Positions 1 to 9,661 of a stretch of DNA of 64,000 bases are shown piece after piece. How positions within the stretch are numbered: the first letter of the stretch is position 1; the number at the start of each line of letters is the position of its first letter. Origin of the DNA: an uncultured delta proteobacterium (GTDB taxonomy: Bacteria; Myxococcota_A; UBA9160; UBA4427); NCBI GenBank assembly GCA_963822965.1, contig CAWGJT010000007.1:32001-96000 (forward strand). Reading direction: 5' to 3'. The position numbers were made by a program, and so were the translations under genes. The notes beneath the pieces are model-generated. The model searched no databases. It was not told where the DNA came from and saw only the letters and a list, made by a program, of their open reading frames with translations.

Positions 1-76
1 CGGCGTCGAGCAGCGCGGTCCGGGTGTGGCTATCACCACCGAGGGCCGCCTCGGGCTGAGGCGCGGCGCGAGTCAT
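1..76 (-). CDS. N-terminus of probable TetR-family regulator (runs off window start)
   Basis: ATG at 76 reads MTRAAPQPEAALGGDSHTRTALLDA; TRxxLLDA is typical of TetR helix 1; only 25 codons visible. Confidence 0.45.
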   Translation of the reverse strand, partial: MTRAAPQPEAALGGDSHTRTALLDA

Positions 77-86
77 GGCTGACGAA

Positions 87-111
87 TAGACGAGTAGAGT
101 CAATTTGTCTA
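87..111. promoter_or_regulatory. Candidate operator inverted repeat TAGAC-N15-GTCTA
   Basis: AT-richer inverted repeat 10 bp upstream of the putative TetR start. Confidence 0.3.
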
Positions 112-349
112 CCTCCGGCCACGGGCCATCCGATCGGGCTCGTCCGGGCGGAGCCGCCGACGCCACGGGAGGGCCGGCAGCGGGAGCCGGCACGCGGCTC
201 GCGGCTGCCTGCGCTGCCGGTCCGGGTACGCCACCGGGGTGTGGGGCGCGACGTCCCATCGACCCCGCATTCCCGTCACACCCACACGCCATCGCGTCCG
301 CAGGAACGCGCTGCGCGCGCCGCTCGGCCCCGGCACTACGCTTGCATCG

Positions 350-670
350 CACGTCCGGCGTGAGAACGTGGTGTTCGTCGCTCTGTCGGGTCGCCGCCGC
401 GGGCGCGGGCTGGCCGATCGCGCTGGCCGCCGAGATCTGGCCCCGCTGGCCGGTTGCGCAGGAGATTCACGAGGACGCGGGGATGCCGGCGGCGGAGTTC
501 GCGATCGATCCGGGCGTCGCTCACACCGTGACCAGCGCGACGAGCGCGGACGTGCAGGACTTCCTGGCAGAGGCGCTGCCGGAGCCCGACACCGCGACGA
601 GCGGGCTCGCGGCGCTGGCTGTCGTCATCGTCCTGACGTGTCGTCGACGCCGCCGGAGCCGATCCCGTAG
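350..670 (+). pseudogene. Decayed 3' remnant of a PEP-CTERM-type surface protein (possibly esterase-like)
   Basis: Frame reads GVAHTVTSATSADVQDFLAEALPEPDTATSGLAALAVVIVLTCRRRRR = PEP motif, TM helix, basic tail; no credible start; boundaries approximate. Confidence 0.45.
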
Positions 671-794
671 GTCGGCAGCGAGCACTTGGGCCACGAGCTC
701 CCAATCCTCGAGACCTGGGGTCACGGGCCACGGTCTTCCACATGTGCACGCCTTGCGACGGGTGAAGGGGCAGCCAAGAGGGGAGGGGTGTTCG

Positions 795-1454
795 ATGATG
801 CGATTCGGTTTGGGAGGGCACTTGCGTCTGATCGTATTGTTGCTGTGCGCGGCGCTGGGTGGCGCGTGCGCAATCGGTCCGGCGTACGACCCGCAGCTGC
901 GTGCGGAGGATTCGGGGGTAGACGCGCGGGGAAAGCAGGTCGTGGTGACGGGGTTCTACAAGGCGGTGTCCGAGCTGTCCTATCTCGGTGACCTCGATAT
1001 CTCGATCATCATGGAGAGCGCGAGGCTCCGGGACATCTCCTACCAGGTGGCGAACCACCTGAAGCGAGCGGGGATCTCCGCCGAGGCGAGGAAGGACGCC
1101 CCGGCCAGCTCCCTCCGGAAGGGCGAGGTGATGTTGACCGGCTCGCTCGTCACCCGCTCCATCCCGATGGAGGAGAACTTTCCCTTCCCCGGGATGATGG
1201 TGGTCCTGTTGATCGGGAACGTGCTGCCGAGCCCCTATCCCTACGTTTCGGGCGTCGACGCCGCCTATCGCTATGAGCTGATCGATGACTCGGGTCGCAT
1301 CCTGTTCGCGTCTCCCGAAAAGAAGACGCGGATCTACTATCGTGACTTCTGGATCTGGGGCCGGATCTTCTTCGCGAAGGGCTACGAGCGGGACATCAAC
1401 GATCAGCTCGAGGAGCAGGTCTTCGAGCTGATCGTCGCCGATCTGTTCCAATAG
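795..1454 (+). CDS. Hypothetical lipoprotein
   Basis: GGAGG RBS then MMRFGLGGHLRLIVLLLCAALGGAC (signal peptide with lipobox-like Cys); protein-like composition. Confidence 0.7.
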   Translation: MMRFGLGGHLRLIVLLLCAALGGACAIGPAYDPQLRAEDSGVDARGKQVVVTGFYKAVSELSYLGDLDISIIMESARLRDISYQVANHLKRAGISAEARKDAPASSLRKGEVMLTGSLVTRSIPMEENFPFPGMMVVLLIGNVLPSPYPYVSGVDAAYRYELIDDSGRILFASPEKKTRIYYRDFWIWGRIFFAKGYERDINDQLEEQVFELIVADLFQ

Positions 1455-1646
1455 CCGCGAAGGCATGGCCACGGCGAAGCTCGCCCATCGGAAGCGACCG
1501 GGCGGCCGTCGTGGCGCGCGAAGAAGGGGCTCCCGATGGGACAGGAAGAGTTCCGGCGAACCGTCGGTCCCGCAAACATCGAGGCCGCTTGGCTCGGTTG
1601 CGCGCGCCCATGCGGCGACGCGCGTCGCCATGGAGGAGGAGGGACG

Positions 1647-2249
1647 ATGAGCGAATTCGTGAAGCGAGCGGGCCTCGGGCTGGCATTGGCGTGGCTCTGG
1701 GTCGGGTGTGCGGGAATCCAGCTGAGCTACGAGCGTCCGGCTGCGGCTGAGGATCGATACGGGCCAGTCGAGGTCGTGCTCGAGGATGCGAGAGTCGCCG
1801 GCAAAGGAGGCGGCGAGCCGTACGTGGTCGGACAACTACGCAACGCGTTCGGCATGCCGTTCGACGTCGAGGCGGCGCCCGATCGGGAGCCCAGCAAGGT
1901 GGTCCGGGAGCTGATCTCCGAGTGTCTGCGGGCGTCCGGCTTCCGGGTCGTCGACGCGTCCAGCGGGGCGCCGCAGCTCTTCGCCCGCCTCGACCAGTTC
2001 TGGAGCGACGGCTACCAGCACAATCGTCTCTGGCTCGATCTGCACCTCGAGCTGCGCCCGGCCACGGGAGGGCGTCCGGTGTGGAGCGACGTGATGAACG
2101 TCAACGAGGGCTGGACGGCGAAGACCGCGGGCTTCAGCCAGATGAACAGCGGCTATCGCAAGCTGCTCGAGAGCGCCCGGGACGACCTGCTGCTGCGCTT
2201 CCAGGACCGGGAGTTCCGCCGGCAGTACGCGTTGCTTCGGAGTCCCTAG
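1647..2249 (+). CDS. Hypothetical lipoprotein (YajG-like)
   Basis: GGAGGAGG RBS; MSEFVKRAGLGLALAWLWVGC lipobox; VVLEDAR...VGQLRNAFGMP resembles YajG-type lipoproteins. Confidence 0.65.
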   Translation: MSEFVKRAGLGLALAWLWVGCAGIQLSYERPAAAEDRYGPVEVVLEDARVAGKGGGEPYVVGQLRNAFGMPFDVEAAPDREPSKVVRELISECLRASGFRVVDASSGAPQLFARLDQFWSDGYQHNRLWLDLHLELRPATGGRPVWSDVMNVNEGWTAKTAGFSQMNSGYRKLLESARDDLLLRFQDREFRRQYALLRSP

Positions 2250-2263
2250 GACGAGACGTATTT

Positions 2264-2423
2264 GTGTGGAAGCTCGGGTCGCCCTCGACCCCCATCGTGT
2301 AGCCGTGGTGGAGGGGCCATTCGGGGTCGAGGCCCCGGCCGGCGATCCAGCCACGTCGAGCTCGAGCACGGGCTCCGCCCGGCCCAGGGCCCGGGCGGTC
2401 CAAGTGGACTTCTGGCCTGCGAT
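2264..2423 (-). pseudogene. Decayed ~160-bp copy of an internal part of the oxidoreductase gene (3780-3940)
   Basis: Manual alignment: about 10 substitutions plus a 1-bp deletion relative to 3780-3940. Confidence 0.85.
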
Positions 2424-2532
2424 GTAGTCCGTGCGTCGCTACCGGGAGCTACGATCTTCACCTGAAGGTCCTGCGCCGGTGCCGAGCTCCTGGGCACCGA
2501 GCGGGCACCTGGCATTGGAAGGGAGGCTCTGA

Positions 2533-3429
2533 ATGATCGACCTGACCACGCTTCACTTCGGTCCGCGCAGGTTCATCCGCGAGACGCGCGAGCGCTTGCT
2601 GGGCCTGCGCTTCGAGCACTTCGAGGCGGTGCTCCAGGCGCCCTGCCTGGGAGCCGAGATCCGCGGTCTGGACCTGCGCGAGCCCCTGTCGGACGCGCAG
2701 AGAGACGAGCTCGAGCGGGCGCTGGTGGAGTTCAAGGTGCTCTTCTTCCGCGCGCAGCCGGTCACGCCCGAGCAGCAGGCCGACTTCGCCCGGAACTTCG
2801 GCGAGCTCGAGATCCACCCCTTCATCCCGGACGACGGCGAGCACCCGGAGGTCGCGCACTTCCGCAAGGACGAGGAGGTGGTGGGGGTCGAGAACGTCTG
2901 GCACAGCGACGTATCCTGGCGACGGATCCCCTCGCTGGGCTCGGTGCTGCACGCGCGGACGGTGCCGCCGGTGGGCGGAGACACGATGTGGTGCGACATG
3001 GAGGCCGTCTATACCGGGCTTCCCGACGAGCTCAAGGCGGAGATCGAGGGCCGCTACGCGATCCACGACTTCGTGAACACCTTCGGCCACCTGCTGTCGC
3101 CGGAGCAGAGGGAGGAGCGGCGCAAGGAGTTCCCTCCGGCCGCCCACCCGATCGTCCGCACCCATCCTCGATCGGGGCGCAAGTGCCTCTACGTGAACGC
3201 GGTCTTCACGTCCCACATCGACGGTCTGGACGAGGCCGACAGCGACGTGCTGCTCTCCGAGCTCTACCAGCATTCACGGGTGCCCGAGTACCAGGTGCGC
3301 TTCCGCTGGGAGCCCGACAGCATCGCCTTCTGGGACAACCGCTCGACCCAGCACTACGCGATCAGCGACTACTGGCCGCTAGCGCGCGTGATGGACCGCA
3401 TCACCATCGTCGGGGACGAGCCTCGCTAG
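2533..3429 (+). CDS. tauD: TauD/TfdA-family Fe(II)/2-oxoglutarate dioxygenase
   Basis: GAEIRGLDL, WHSD (HxD), HPIVRTHP, WDNRSTQH motifs. Confidence 0.9.
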   Translation: MIDLTTLHFGPRRFIRETRERLLGLRFEHFEAVLQAPCLGAEIRGLDLREPLSDAQRDELERALVEFKVLFFRAQPVTPEQQADFARNFGELEIHPFIPDDGEHPEVAHFRKDEEVVGVENVWHSDVSWRRIPSLGSVLHARTVPPVGGDTMWCDMEAVYTGLPDELKAEIEGRYAIHDFVNTFGHLLSPEQREERRKEFPPAAHPIVRTHPRSGRKCLYVNAVFTSHIDGLDEADSDVLLSELYQHSRVPEYQVRFRWEPDSIAFWDNRSTQHYAISDYWPLARVMDRITIVGDEPR

Positions 3430-3598
3430 GCGCGCTCAGCGCCCAGCAGCGGGAAGGCCGACGCCCTCGACAGGAGCCCGGATGAGGCCACGGGGCCAGG
3501 GTAGTTCCTGGCGTCGGGCTCGGATCGCGGCACGGACCGGAGCAAGACGAGCGATTCGGCAGGCATTGGGAGTTGCGCCGTGATCCGCATGACGGCTC

Positions 3599-4642
3599 CT
3601 AGCCCTGGGGCGTCCAGCGCCCCGTGATCAGGGGCAGGTCTGCGTAGGTGCGGATGCCGGGCGCGGCGGCGCACACGGCCGGGATCGCGGCCACCACCGG
3701 CATGGAGGTGACGGTGTTCGCCATGTCGACGTAGTCCTCGAGACCGGCGCCCCGCTTCGCGGGCGTGAAGCGTACCCGGGTGTGGACGTTCGGGTCACCC
3801 TCGACCTCCATCGTGTAGCCGTGGTGGATGGGCCATTCCGGGTCGAGGCCCCGGCCGGCGATCCAGCACACGTCGAGCTCGAGCACGGGCTCCTCCTGGC
3901 CCAGGGCCCGGGCGGTCCAGGTGGACTTCTGGCCGGCGATCGTGCCGGCGGGCATCCGGAACCCGAAGTACTCCCGGTCCTCGGGCGTGATCGCCCACTC
4001 GCAGTCGAAGCGTCGCTCGGCCACGGGCACGCCCAGCATCTCCGCCATCACGTCGAGGCACTCGTCGTAGAAGCCGAGCACCTGGCGGCTGGCCTCCAGC
4101 CACTTCGGGTCGGGTGTCTGCCCCCATCCCAGGTTCGCGTAGTTGTGGATGGCCTGGTACGTGGAGACGTCCACGGACTCGAGGAAGCGCACCCGGCGGA
4201 AGCCGTGACTCACCGTGGCCATCTGGGCGGCGATGTAGTTCGCGAAGCCCGGGAAGATCCCGGAGCCGAAGAGGCTCGCGCCGCCCGCCGCGGCGGCCTT
4301 CTCGACGCGGGCCCGCGCCTCCTCGCCCCACGACCGGCAGTTCGTGAGGTTGCTCGCCGCGACGTCGAGCCCCGCCTCGAGGAGCCGGCAGATCTCGTCG
4401 ACGTCGGGATGATTCGGCGTGTAGCAGACGCAGTCGGCGCCGAGGGCGACGAGCGCATCCACGTCGTGGGTGGCGGTGACGCCGAGGCGCCCCAGGCCGC
4501 ACAGCTCGCCGACGTCGCACCCCTCCTTCTCGGGGCTCCAGGCGTAGGCGCCGACCAGCTCGAGCTCCGGGTGCGCGAGGATGGCCTTGACCGCCTCCCG
4601 ACCCACGTGGCCGGTCGTCCATTGGATCACTCGAATCGTCAT
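3599..4642 (-). CDS. NAD(P)-dependent oxidoreductase, dihydrodipicolinate reductase-like / 2,4-diaminopentanoate dehydrogenase family
   Basis: IRVIQWTTGHVG Rossmann start, GSGIFPG, C-terminal AIPAVCAAAPGIRTYADLP. Confidence 0.85.
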   Translation of the reverse strand: MTIRVIQWTTGHVGREAVKAILAHPELELVGAYAWSPEKEGCDVGELCGLGRLGVTATHDVDALVALGADCVCYTPNHPDVDEICRLLEAGLDVAASNLTNCRSWGEEARARVEKAAAAGGASLFGSGIFPGFANYIAAQMATVSHGFRRVRFLESVDVSTYQAIHNYANLGWGQTPDPKWLEASRQVLGFYDECLDVMAEMLGVPVAERRFDCEWAITPEDREYFGFRMPAGTIAGQKSTWTARALGQEEPVLELDVCWIAGRGLDPEWPIHHGYTMEVEGDPNVHTRVRFTPAKRGAGLEDYVDMANTVTSMPVVAAIPAVCAAAPGIRTYADLPLITGRWTPQG

Positions 4643-4955
4643 GCAGGAGCTCCCGTGGCGAACACGAGGTATCGCGCGACTCTAGTCGAGCCGGCCGGGG
4701 CTGGCAGCGGCCCCGGGCGGTGGCCCCTGCGTGGAGTTGCGGGTTGGGCCGACTCGATCGAACGGTGAAGCGGTACGCACCGCGGTGGCCCCGCCCGCCT
4801 CGTAGCTCCGCAGGTACTTCGCCGCTGCAACGCTGCGATCATCAGACCGTAGACGTCGCCACGTCCCCAGCTGGATTTCGACGAGCGCGGCGACTGGGAC
4901 GTGTGTCACAGATCGGGCATCATGAGGCGCGCAGCGGCGGGAAGGAGGAGGCAGC

Positions 4956-6428
4956 GTGTCTGGGCGGACGACGATCTCGTGTGGCGGCCTGCTGGTCCTG
5001 GGTGCGATCGCCGTGAGCGCTGCGCTCGCGCCCCAGCAGGCGGCGGCGTACGACATTCCGGGTGTCCTGCCGACCTCCATCGGGCTGCCGGAGGTGAACA
5101 TGGTGCTGCGTCCGACGGCGGGCGCGCCGCCGTACTCCGGCGTCGACTCCTTCGGCTTCGAGCTGACCAACCTGCGGATGATCTACGACACGGGCGCCAG
5201 CGGCGTCGCGCTGTTCGAGGGGCCCGCGCAAGCGCTCTCCATCCCGGTCGCACAGCTCATGGGCACGGACGTGGTCTTCGCGGACGTCGGGGTGGGGGGG
5301 AGCACGACCTTCGGCGTCTCCGACCCGATCCACATGAGCACGGGCAGCTTCGTCCAGGAGCCGCCCGATCCCTACGCGAGCGACGACGACTACCCGCGAC
5401 AGGATCCGGGCCTGCGCTTGCAGCTCGGTCCGCCCGGATCAGCCGCGCTCTTCCTCGCGGACTTCACACAGCTCGGCATCGTCGGTGTTCCGGTCATGGC
5501 GGGTCGCGTGTCGATGATCAACCCCAAGCTCGCCGAGGTGTCCTTCGACCAGCTGACCCCGGCCAACACGATCCATACCCATCTCTACGACCCGGCGGTT
5601 CCCGCCGAGAGCGGACCGGGCATCCTCGCCGCCGACGTGCGGGTCGAGCTCAGCTTGAAGTCCTTCGCCCGCTTCACGGAGACCACGCCGGTAGGCGCCA
5701 CGGGGCCGACGCTCGCCGAGAACCCGTTCATCGGTCCCGATCCGCTGGCGGCCCTGGAAGGCGTCACGCCACCGCCGACCACGCCGCCCGGGGTCACGCT
5801 GCGCCTCGGCGGCAGCCAGGTGACGGGCACGTTCCTGCTGGACACGGGAAGCCAGATCTCGTCGATCTCCAGCGCGATGGCGCTGGGGCTCGGCGTCCGA
5901 TACCAGACCACGAGCGATCCCGGCTACGACCCCGGCTCCCCCGCGACGCTGGTGTTCGCTTCGGACGGCTCGCTCGTCCCCGACCAGTTCACCGTCGACG
6001 TCAGCGGGATCGGCGGCACCGAGACGATCGCGGGCTTCTACGCCGACGCGCTCCTCGTGCGTAGCCTGGAAGGCGACCCGCAAGACGACGCGGACCCGCA
6101 CCATCTGAACTTCGTCGAGGCCCCGCTGTTCGTGCAGGACATCGAGCTGATGGACCCCGTCACGCACGACACCTTCACCTTCGACGGCATCTTCGGGACG
6201 AACTACCTGTTCGGAAGCGGCGACCTCTCGGCCCTGTCGGGCTTCCCCGTCCCCTTCCGGGAAGGCCCCTTCGAGTGGCTGGTGCTGGACCTCGCCTCAA
6301 CCACTCCGACCCTGGGCGTCATCTTTCCCGCCGCCGTGCAGGTCCCGATCCCGCCCGCGCTGCATCTCGTGGCCGCAGCGCTCCTCGGTCTCCTGGGAGC
6401 CCGGCTCGCACGCGCACGAACGATCTAG
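4956..6428 (+). CDS. Secreted bilobed aspartic protease with VPxPA-CTERM-like sorting signal
   Basis: Signal peptide; two catalytic motifs IYDTGAS and LLDTGSQ, each followed by GIVG/GIFG; C-terminal VPIPPA + TM + basic tail. Confidence 0.8.
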   Translation: MSGRTTISCGGLLVLGAIAVSAALAPQQAAAYDIPGVLPTSIGLPEVNMVLRPTAGAPPYSGVDSFGFELTNLRMIYDTGASGVALFEGPAQALSIPVAQLMGTDVVFADVGVGGSTTFGVSDPIHMSTGSFVQEPPDPYASDDDYPRQDPGLRLQLGPPGSAALFLADFTQLGIVGVPVMAGRVSMINPKLAEVSFDQLTPANTIHTHLYDPAVPAESGPGILAADVRVELSLKSFARFTETTPVGATGPTLAENPFIGPDPLAALEGVTPPPTTPPGVTLRLGGSQVTGTFLLDTGSQISSISSAMALGLGVRYQTTSDPGYDPGSPATLVFASDGSLVPDQFTVDVSGIGGTETIAGFYADALLVRSLEGDPQDDADPHHLNFVEAPLFVQDIELMDPVTHDTFTFDGIFGTNYLFGSGDLSALSGFPVPFREGPFEWLVLDLASTTPTLGVIFPAAVQVPIPPALHLVAAALLGLLGARLARARTI

Positions 6429-6691
6429 CCCCAATGCGTCATTCCTCGAGATTGAAGCTCGCCCGTCCGGATGCGCTCTGTCTCGGATGCACTCACGGGT
6501 CGTCTCGTCCGGGTGGAATGGGGAGCATCATCCGCGCGACGCTCGGCACCAGTGGTTCGAGGAAGAAACACGGCCGCGTGTAGATCGCTTGCGGCCAACG
6601 GCAAGGGTTCCCCAATCTCCCAAACCCCGCTGTGCTATGGTCCTCCCGTCGCGAGAGATTCACTCGCACCCCGCCCCGAAGGAGATGAGTC

Positions 6692-6910
6692 ATGAAGCCG
6701 ACGAATGGATTCGTTGCGATCGCCCTGGCACTCAGCGTGGCGTCCGGAGGGGCGCTGGCTTGTCATGAGAAGGGTCCGCTCGAGAAGGCCGGAGAGAAGG
6801 TCGATGAGACGGTGGACGACATCACGCACCCGGGCGAGGGGCCGGTCGAGAAAGCCGCGCGCAAGGTCGGAGAGAAGGTCGACGACGTGAAAGAGGACGT
6901 CAGCAACTAG
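6692..6910 (+). CDS. Small stress-type lipoprotein with two GPxEKA repeats
   Basis: AAGGAG RBS, ALAC lipobox, GPLEKAGEKVD / GPVEKAARKVG repeats. Confidence 0.8.
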   Translation: MKPTNGFVAIALALSVASGGALACHEKGPLEKAGEKVDETVDDITHPGEGPVEKAARKVGEKVDDVKEDVSN

Positions 6911-7073
6911 GAGCCTGACCCAAGACTCCCGTGGGAAGCTCTGGCGTCGAGGCGCGCCGATGCCAAGGCGCGCGAGGAAGCCATAGCGCGGCCTACGGCG
7001 ACGCAGCGCAACGCAGGCTGCGGCGATGCATCGGCGTCAGGGCGGCACGAGGTGTCTTGGGTCGGGCTCCTAG
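6907..7073. mobile_element. CTAG-bounded hairpin MITE-like element, copy 1
   Basis: Ends CTAGGAGCCTGACCCAAGAC / GTCTTGGGTCGGGCTCCTAG (19/20 inverted match); core homologous to 20559-20728. Confidence 0.75.
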
Positions 7074-7163
7074 CAGCGTGCACGGCAGACGGTCGCGCGC
7101 CCCGCTGCCAGCCGAAATCTCGGATTCCGGCCGCGGCCGACGAACCCCAGCGAGCCGCACGCC

Positions 7164-7724
7164 TCAGGCGCCCGGCTGCGCGGGGCGGCGCAACAATGCC
7201 AGCACATCCTCTTGGAGCAGCGTCACCTCCTTCCAGAGGTCGCGCAGGAACGCGAGGCGCTCCGGATCCGACTCATTCCGGGACAGCGTATCCACCAGAT
7301 GTCCGATGTACGTCAGCGCCTCGTTCTGGCTCAACAGCAGCTCGAGCTCGAGCTCCCGACCGCTGGCCGCGAGGAGTTGACTGCTGCGCGCGGCAGCGAT
7401 CGACTGGCGCGTCAGCACCTCCTCGAGGGGAAGCCCGGTATCGGTCAGATCGAGGCGGCCAGGCTTCGCCTTCGCGAGCGCCTCGAGGCGATCGTACGCC
7501 CGATCGGAGGCCCCGGCGATCGCATCGATGATCGTCTCGAGCTCGTCGCGCTCGAACTTGATGAACAGCAGCTTCGAGACCTGGCGCTCCTGCCCGAGGA
7601 TCTCGTAGAGGAGCGGATAGCCATGTCCAGAGGAAGCACGCGGCTCCTGCGTGCCGCTGGGCGCGCTCCCGCCGTCGCAGCCGAGCGAGGCCGCGAGAAG
7701 AACCGAAAGGAGCACCCACCTCAC
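7164..7724 (-). CDS. Hypothetical lipoprotein
   Basis: MRWVLLSVLLAASLGC lipobox; helical body. Confidence 0.7.
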   Translation of the reverse strand: MRWVLLSVLLAASLGCDGGSAPSGTQEPRASSGHGYPLLYEILGQERQVSKLLFIKFERDELETIIDAIAGASDRAYDRLEALAKAKPGRLDLTDTGLPLEEVLTRQSIAAARSSQLLAASGRELELELLLSQNEALTYIGHLVDTLSRNESDPERLAFLRDLWKEVTLLQEDVLALLRRPAQPGA

Positions 7725-7795
7725 CGCCTTGTCCCCTGCGGTGCGACCTTCCGCCCGAGAGCGAAGACTCGGCGAGGAGCTCTCACGGAACGCAT

Positions 7796-8445
7796 TCAGG
7801 TTTCGAGCTCGGTCAGCCCTTCACGAATCGCCCACTTCGTCAGATCCGCCACGTTGTGTATGTCGAGCTTGCGCATGATGCTGCGCCGGTGCGTCTCGAC
7901 CGTGCTGGTGGCGATGAAGAGGCGCTTGCCAATCTGCGGAGACGAGAGCCCCTCGGCCAGGAGCTGGAGCACCTCCCGCTCGCGCTCGGAGAGCGCCGAC
8001 GCGAGGTCTTCACGCCGGGGTCCGGTCAGCGACGCGCTCACCACGCCTTGCGTGACCTCTGGGCACAGGAAGCCCTTGTGCTGCCGGGCGGCATGGAGGG
8101 CCCGGCTGAGGTCGGCGTAGGCATTGGCCTTGAGCACATAGCCACAGGCGCCGGCTTCGAGCATGGCCGCTCACGTAGCGGCTGTCCGAGTGACTGGAGA
8201 GTGCAATCACCTCGATCTCCGGAAGCTCGGTGCGGATCTGTCGGGTCGCGTCGATGCCATTCAGATCCTTCATGCCCACGTCCATCACCACGATGTCCGG
8301 CTCGAGCTTGCGACGCAAGCGCCACGGCCTCGCGCCCGCTGGAGCATTCTCCAACGATCTCCACGCCATCTTCCTTTTCGAGGATCGAACGCAATCCCTC
8401 GCGCATCAACTGATGATCATCCACGAGCAGGATACGGGTCGTCAT
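7796..8445 (-). CDS. NarL/LuxR-family response regulator (frameshifted)
   Basis: RILLVDDH, DIVVMD and LSEREREVLQLLAEG...TVETHRRSIMRKL spread over three frames; indels near 8330 and 8165. Confidence 0.9.
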
Positions 8446-9650
8446 CGTTCAACTTCCTTCTGTGGGGGGGGGGGGGCGTCGGGAGCCTGACCACGACCGT
8501 GGTTCCATGGCCTGGAGTTCCGCGCGTCTCCAGCGATCCGCCAAGGGTCTCGATTCGTTCGCGCAGAGCCAGGAGCCCGAAGCCGGAGCGCCTGGCGGTC
8601 GAGGGCATGCCGACTCCGGCGTCCTCTACCGCGACGCGCGCCATGCCTCCCTCCTTCGAGAAACGGACGCGCGCCGTCTTGACGCCCGAATGCTTCACCA
8701 CGTTGAGGAGCAGCTCGCGAACCGCGCGATAGAGCGTGACGCGCGCGTTCTCGTCGAGCTCGAGCTCGTCCTCCTCGACGATACTCACGATCAGCCCATG
8801 GCTCTTCTCCAGGCTGTCGGCGAGCCACTGGATGGCCGCGATCAACCCCACATCGTGAAGCAGGGGAGGGCTCAGCTGAAAGCTCAGCGAGGAGACGCGG
8901 CTGCGGATCTCCCGGAGAAGACCCTCCAGCTCGCCGAACCGGGCGCTCGCGCTCTTCCGCACTCGAATCCTCCAGCGCGTGCAGCTTCAGCGACGCGAGC
9001 GATAGCAGCTGGCCGGCGTCGTCGTGCAGGTCTGCTGCCAGCTTGCGGCGCTCTCTCTCCTCGGCCATGGTCGCCGCAGCGACGGCGGCTTGCAATGCGT
9101 GCTCCGTTCTGCGCAGCTCCGTCACGTCGATCAAGGCCAGCTGAATCTCTCTCGGCCCGCGGCGGCGCTCGTCTTTCGACATGCCCACGAGCTGGACGTC
9201 GATCGTACCCTCCCCTTGCGACACGAGATCCAGTGCGAGATCCAGGCGCGCTCGCCCCTCCTGGAGCTCGCGGCGTGCCAGGTACCAGCGATCCTGGCAA
9301 CTGGCGGCAACGAACGCCGAGAGCCTGGTCCCGATGAGGCGGGAGCGCGGAGTCTTCAGAATCTGGGAGGTGGCGGCGTTGGCCTCGACGATCAGTCCCT
9401 CGAGATCGAGGGTCAGAAAGGCGATGGGCGCCGAATCGTAGAGCCGATGAAAGCGTTCGTTCGAATCCGCTGCCGTCTTCTGCGCCTCTCGCAGCTCCTC
9501 GTTCTGGAGTTGCAGCTCGATCTTGTGCACCTCGAGCTCGTGGATGATGGTCTGGATCTCGTCCGGCGTGAGACTCTCCAGATCGGCGGGCTTCGCCTGC
9601 GCCATCCGGCGCTCGGCCTTCTCTCGCAGAGAATCGGGCGGTTGCGGCAT
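8417..9650 (-). CDS. PAS-domain sensor histidine kinase, HisKA_3 type (frameshifted)
   Basis: HELEVHKIELQLQNEELR, PAS, ERRKLAADLHD, ELLLNVVKHS, EDAG, GFGL; shift near 8950; stop position depends on a G13 tract. Confidence 0.85.
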
Positions 9651-9661
9651 ACGGCGTTGGC

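Noticed and set aside
2264..3940. Diversity-generating retroelement TR/VR pair
   Set aside because: Mismatches involve all four bases plus an indel rather than adenines only, and no reverse transcriptase is in the window.
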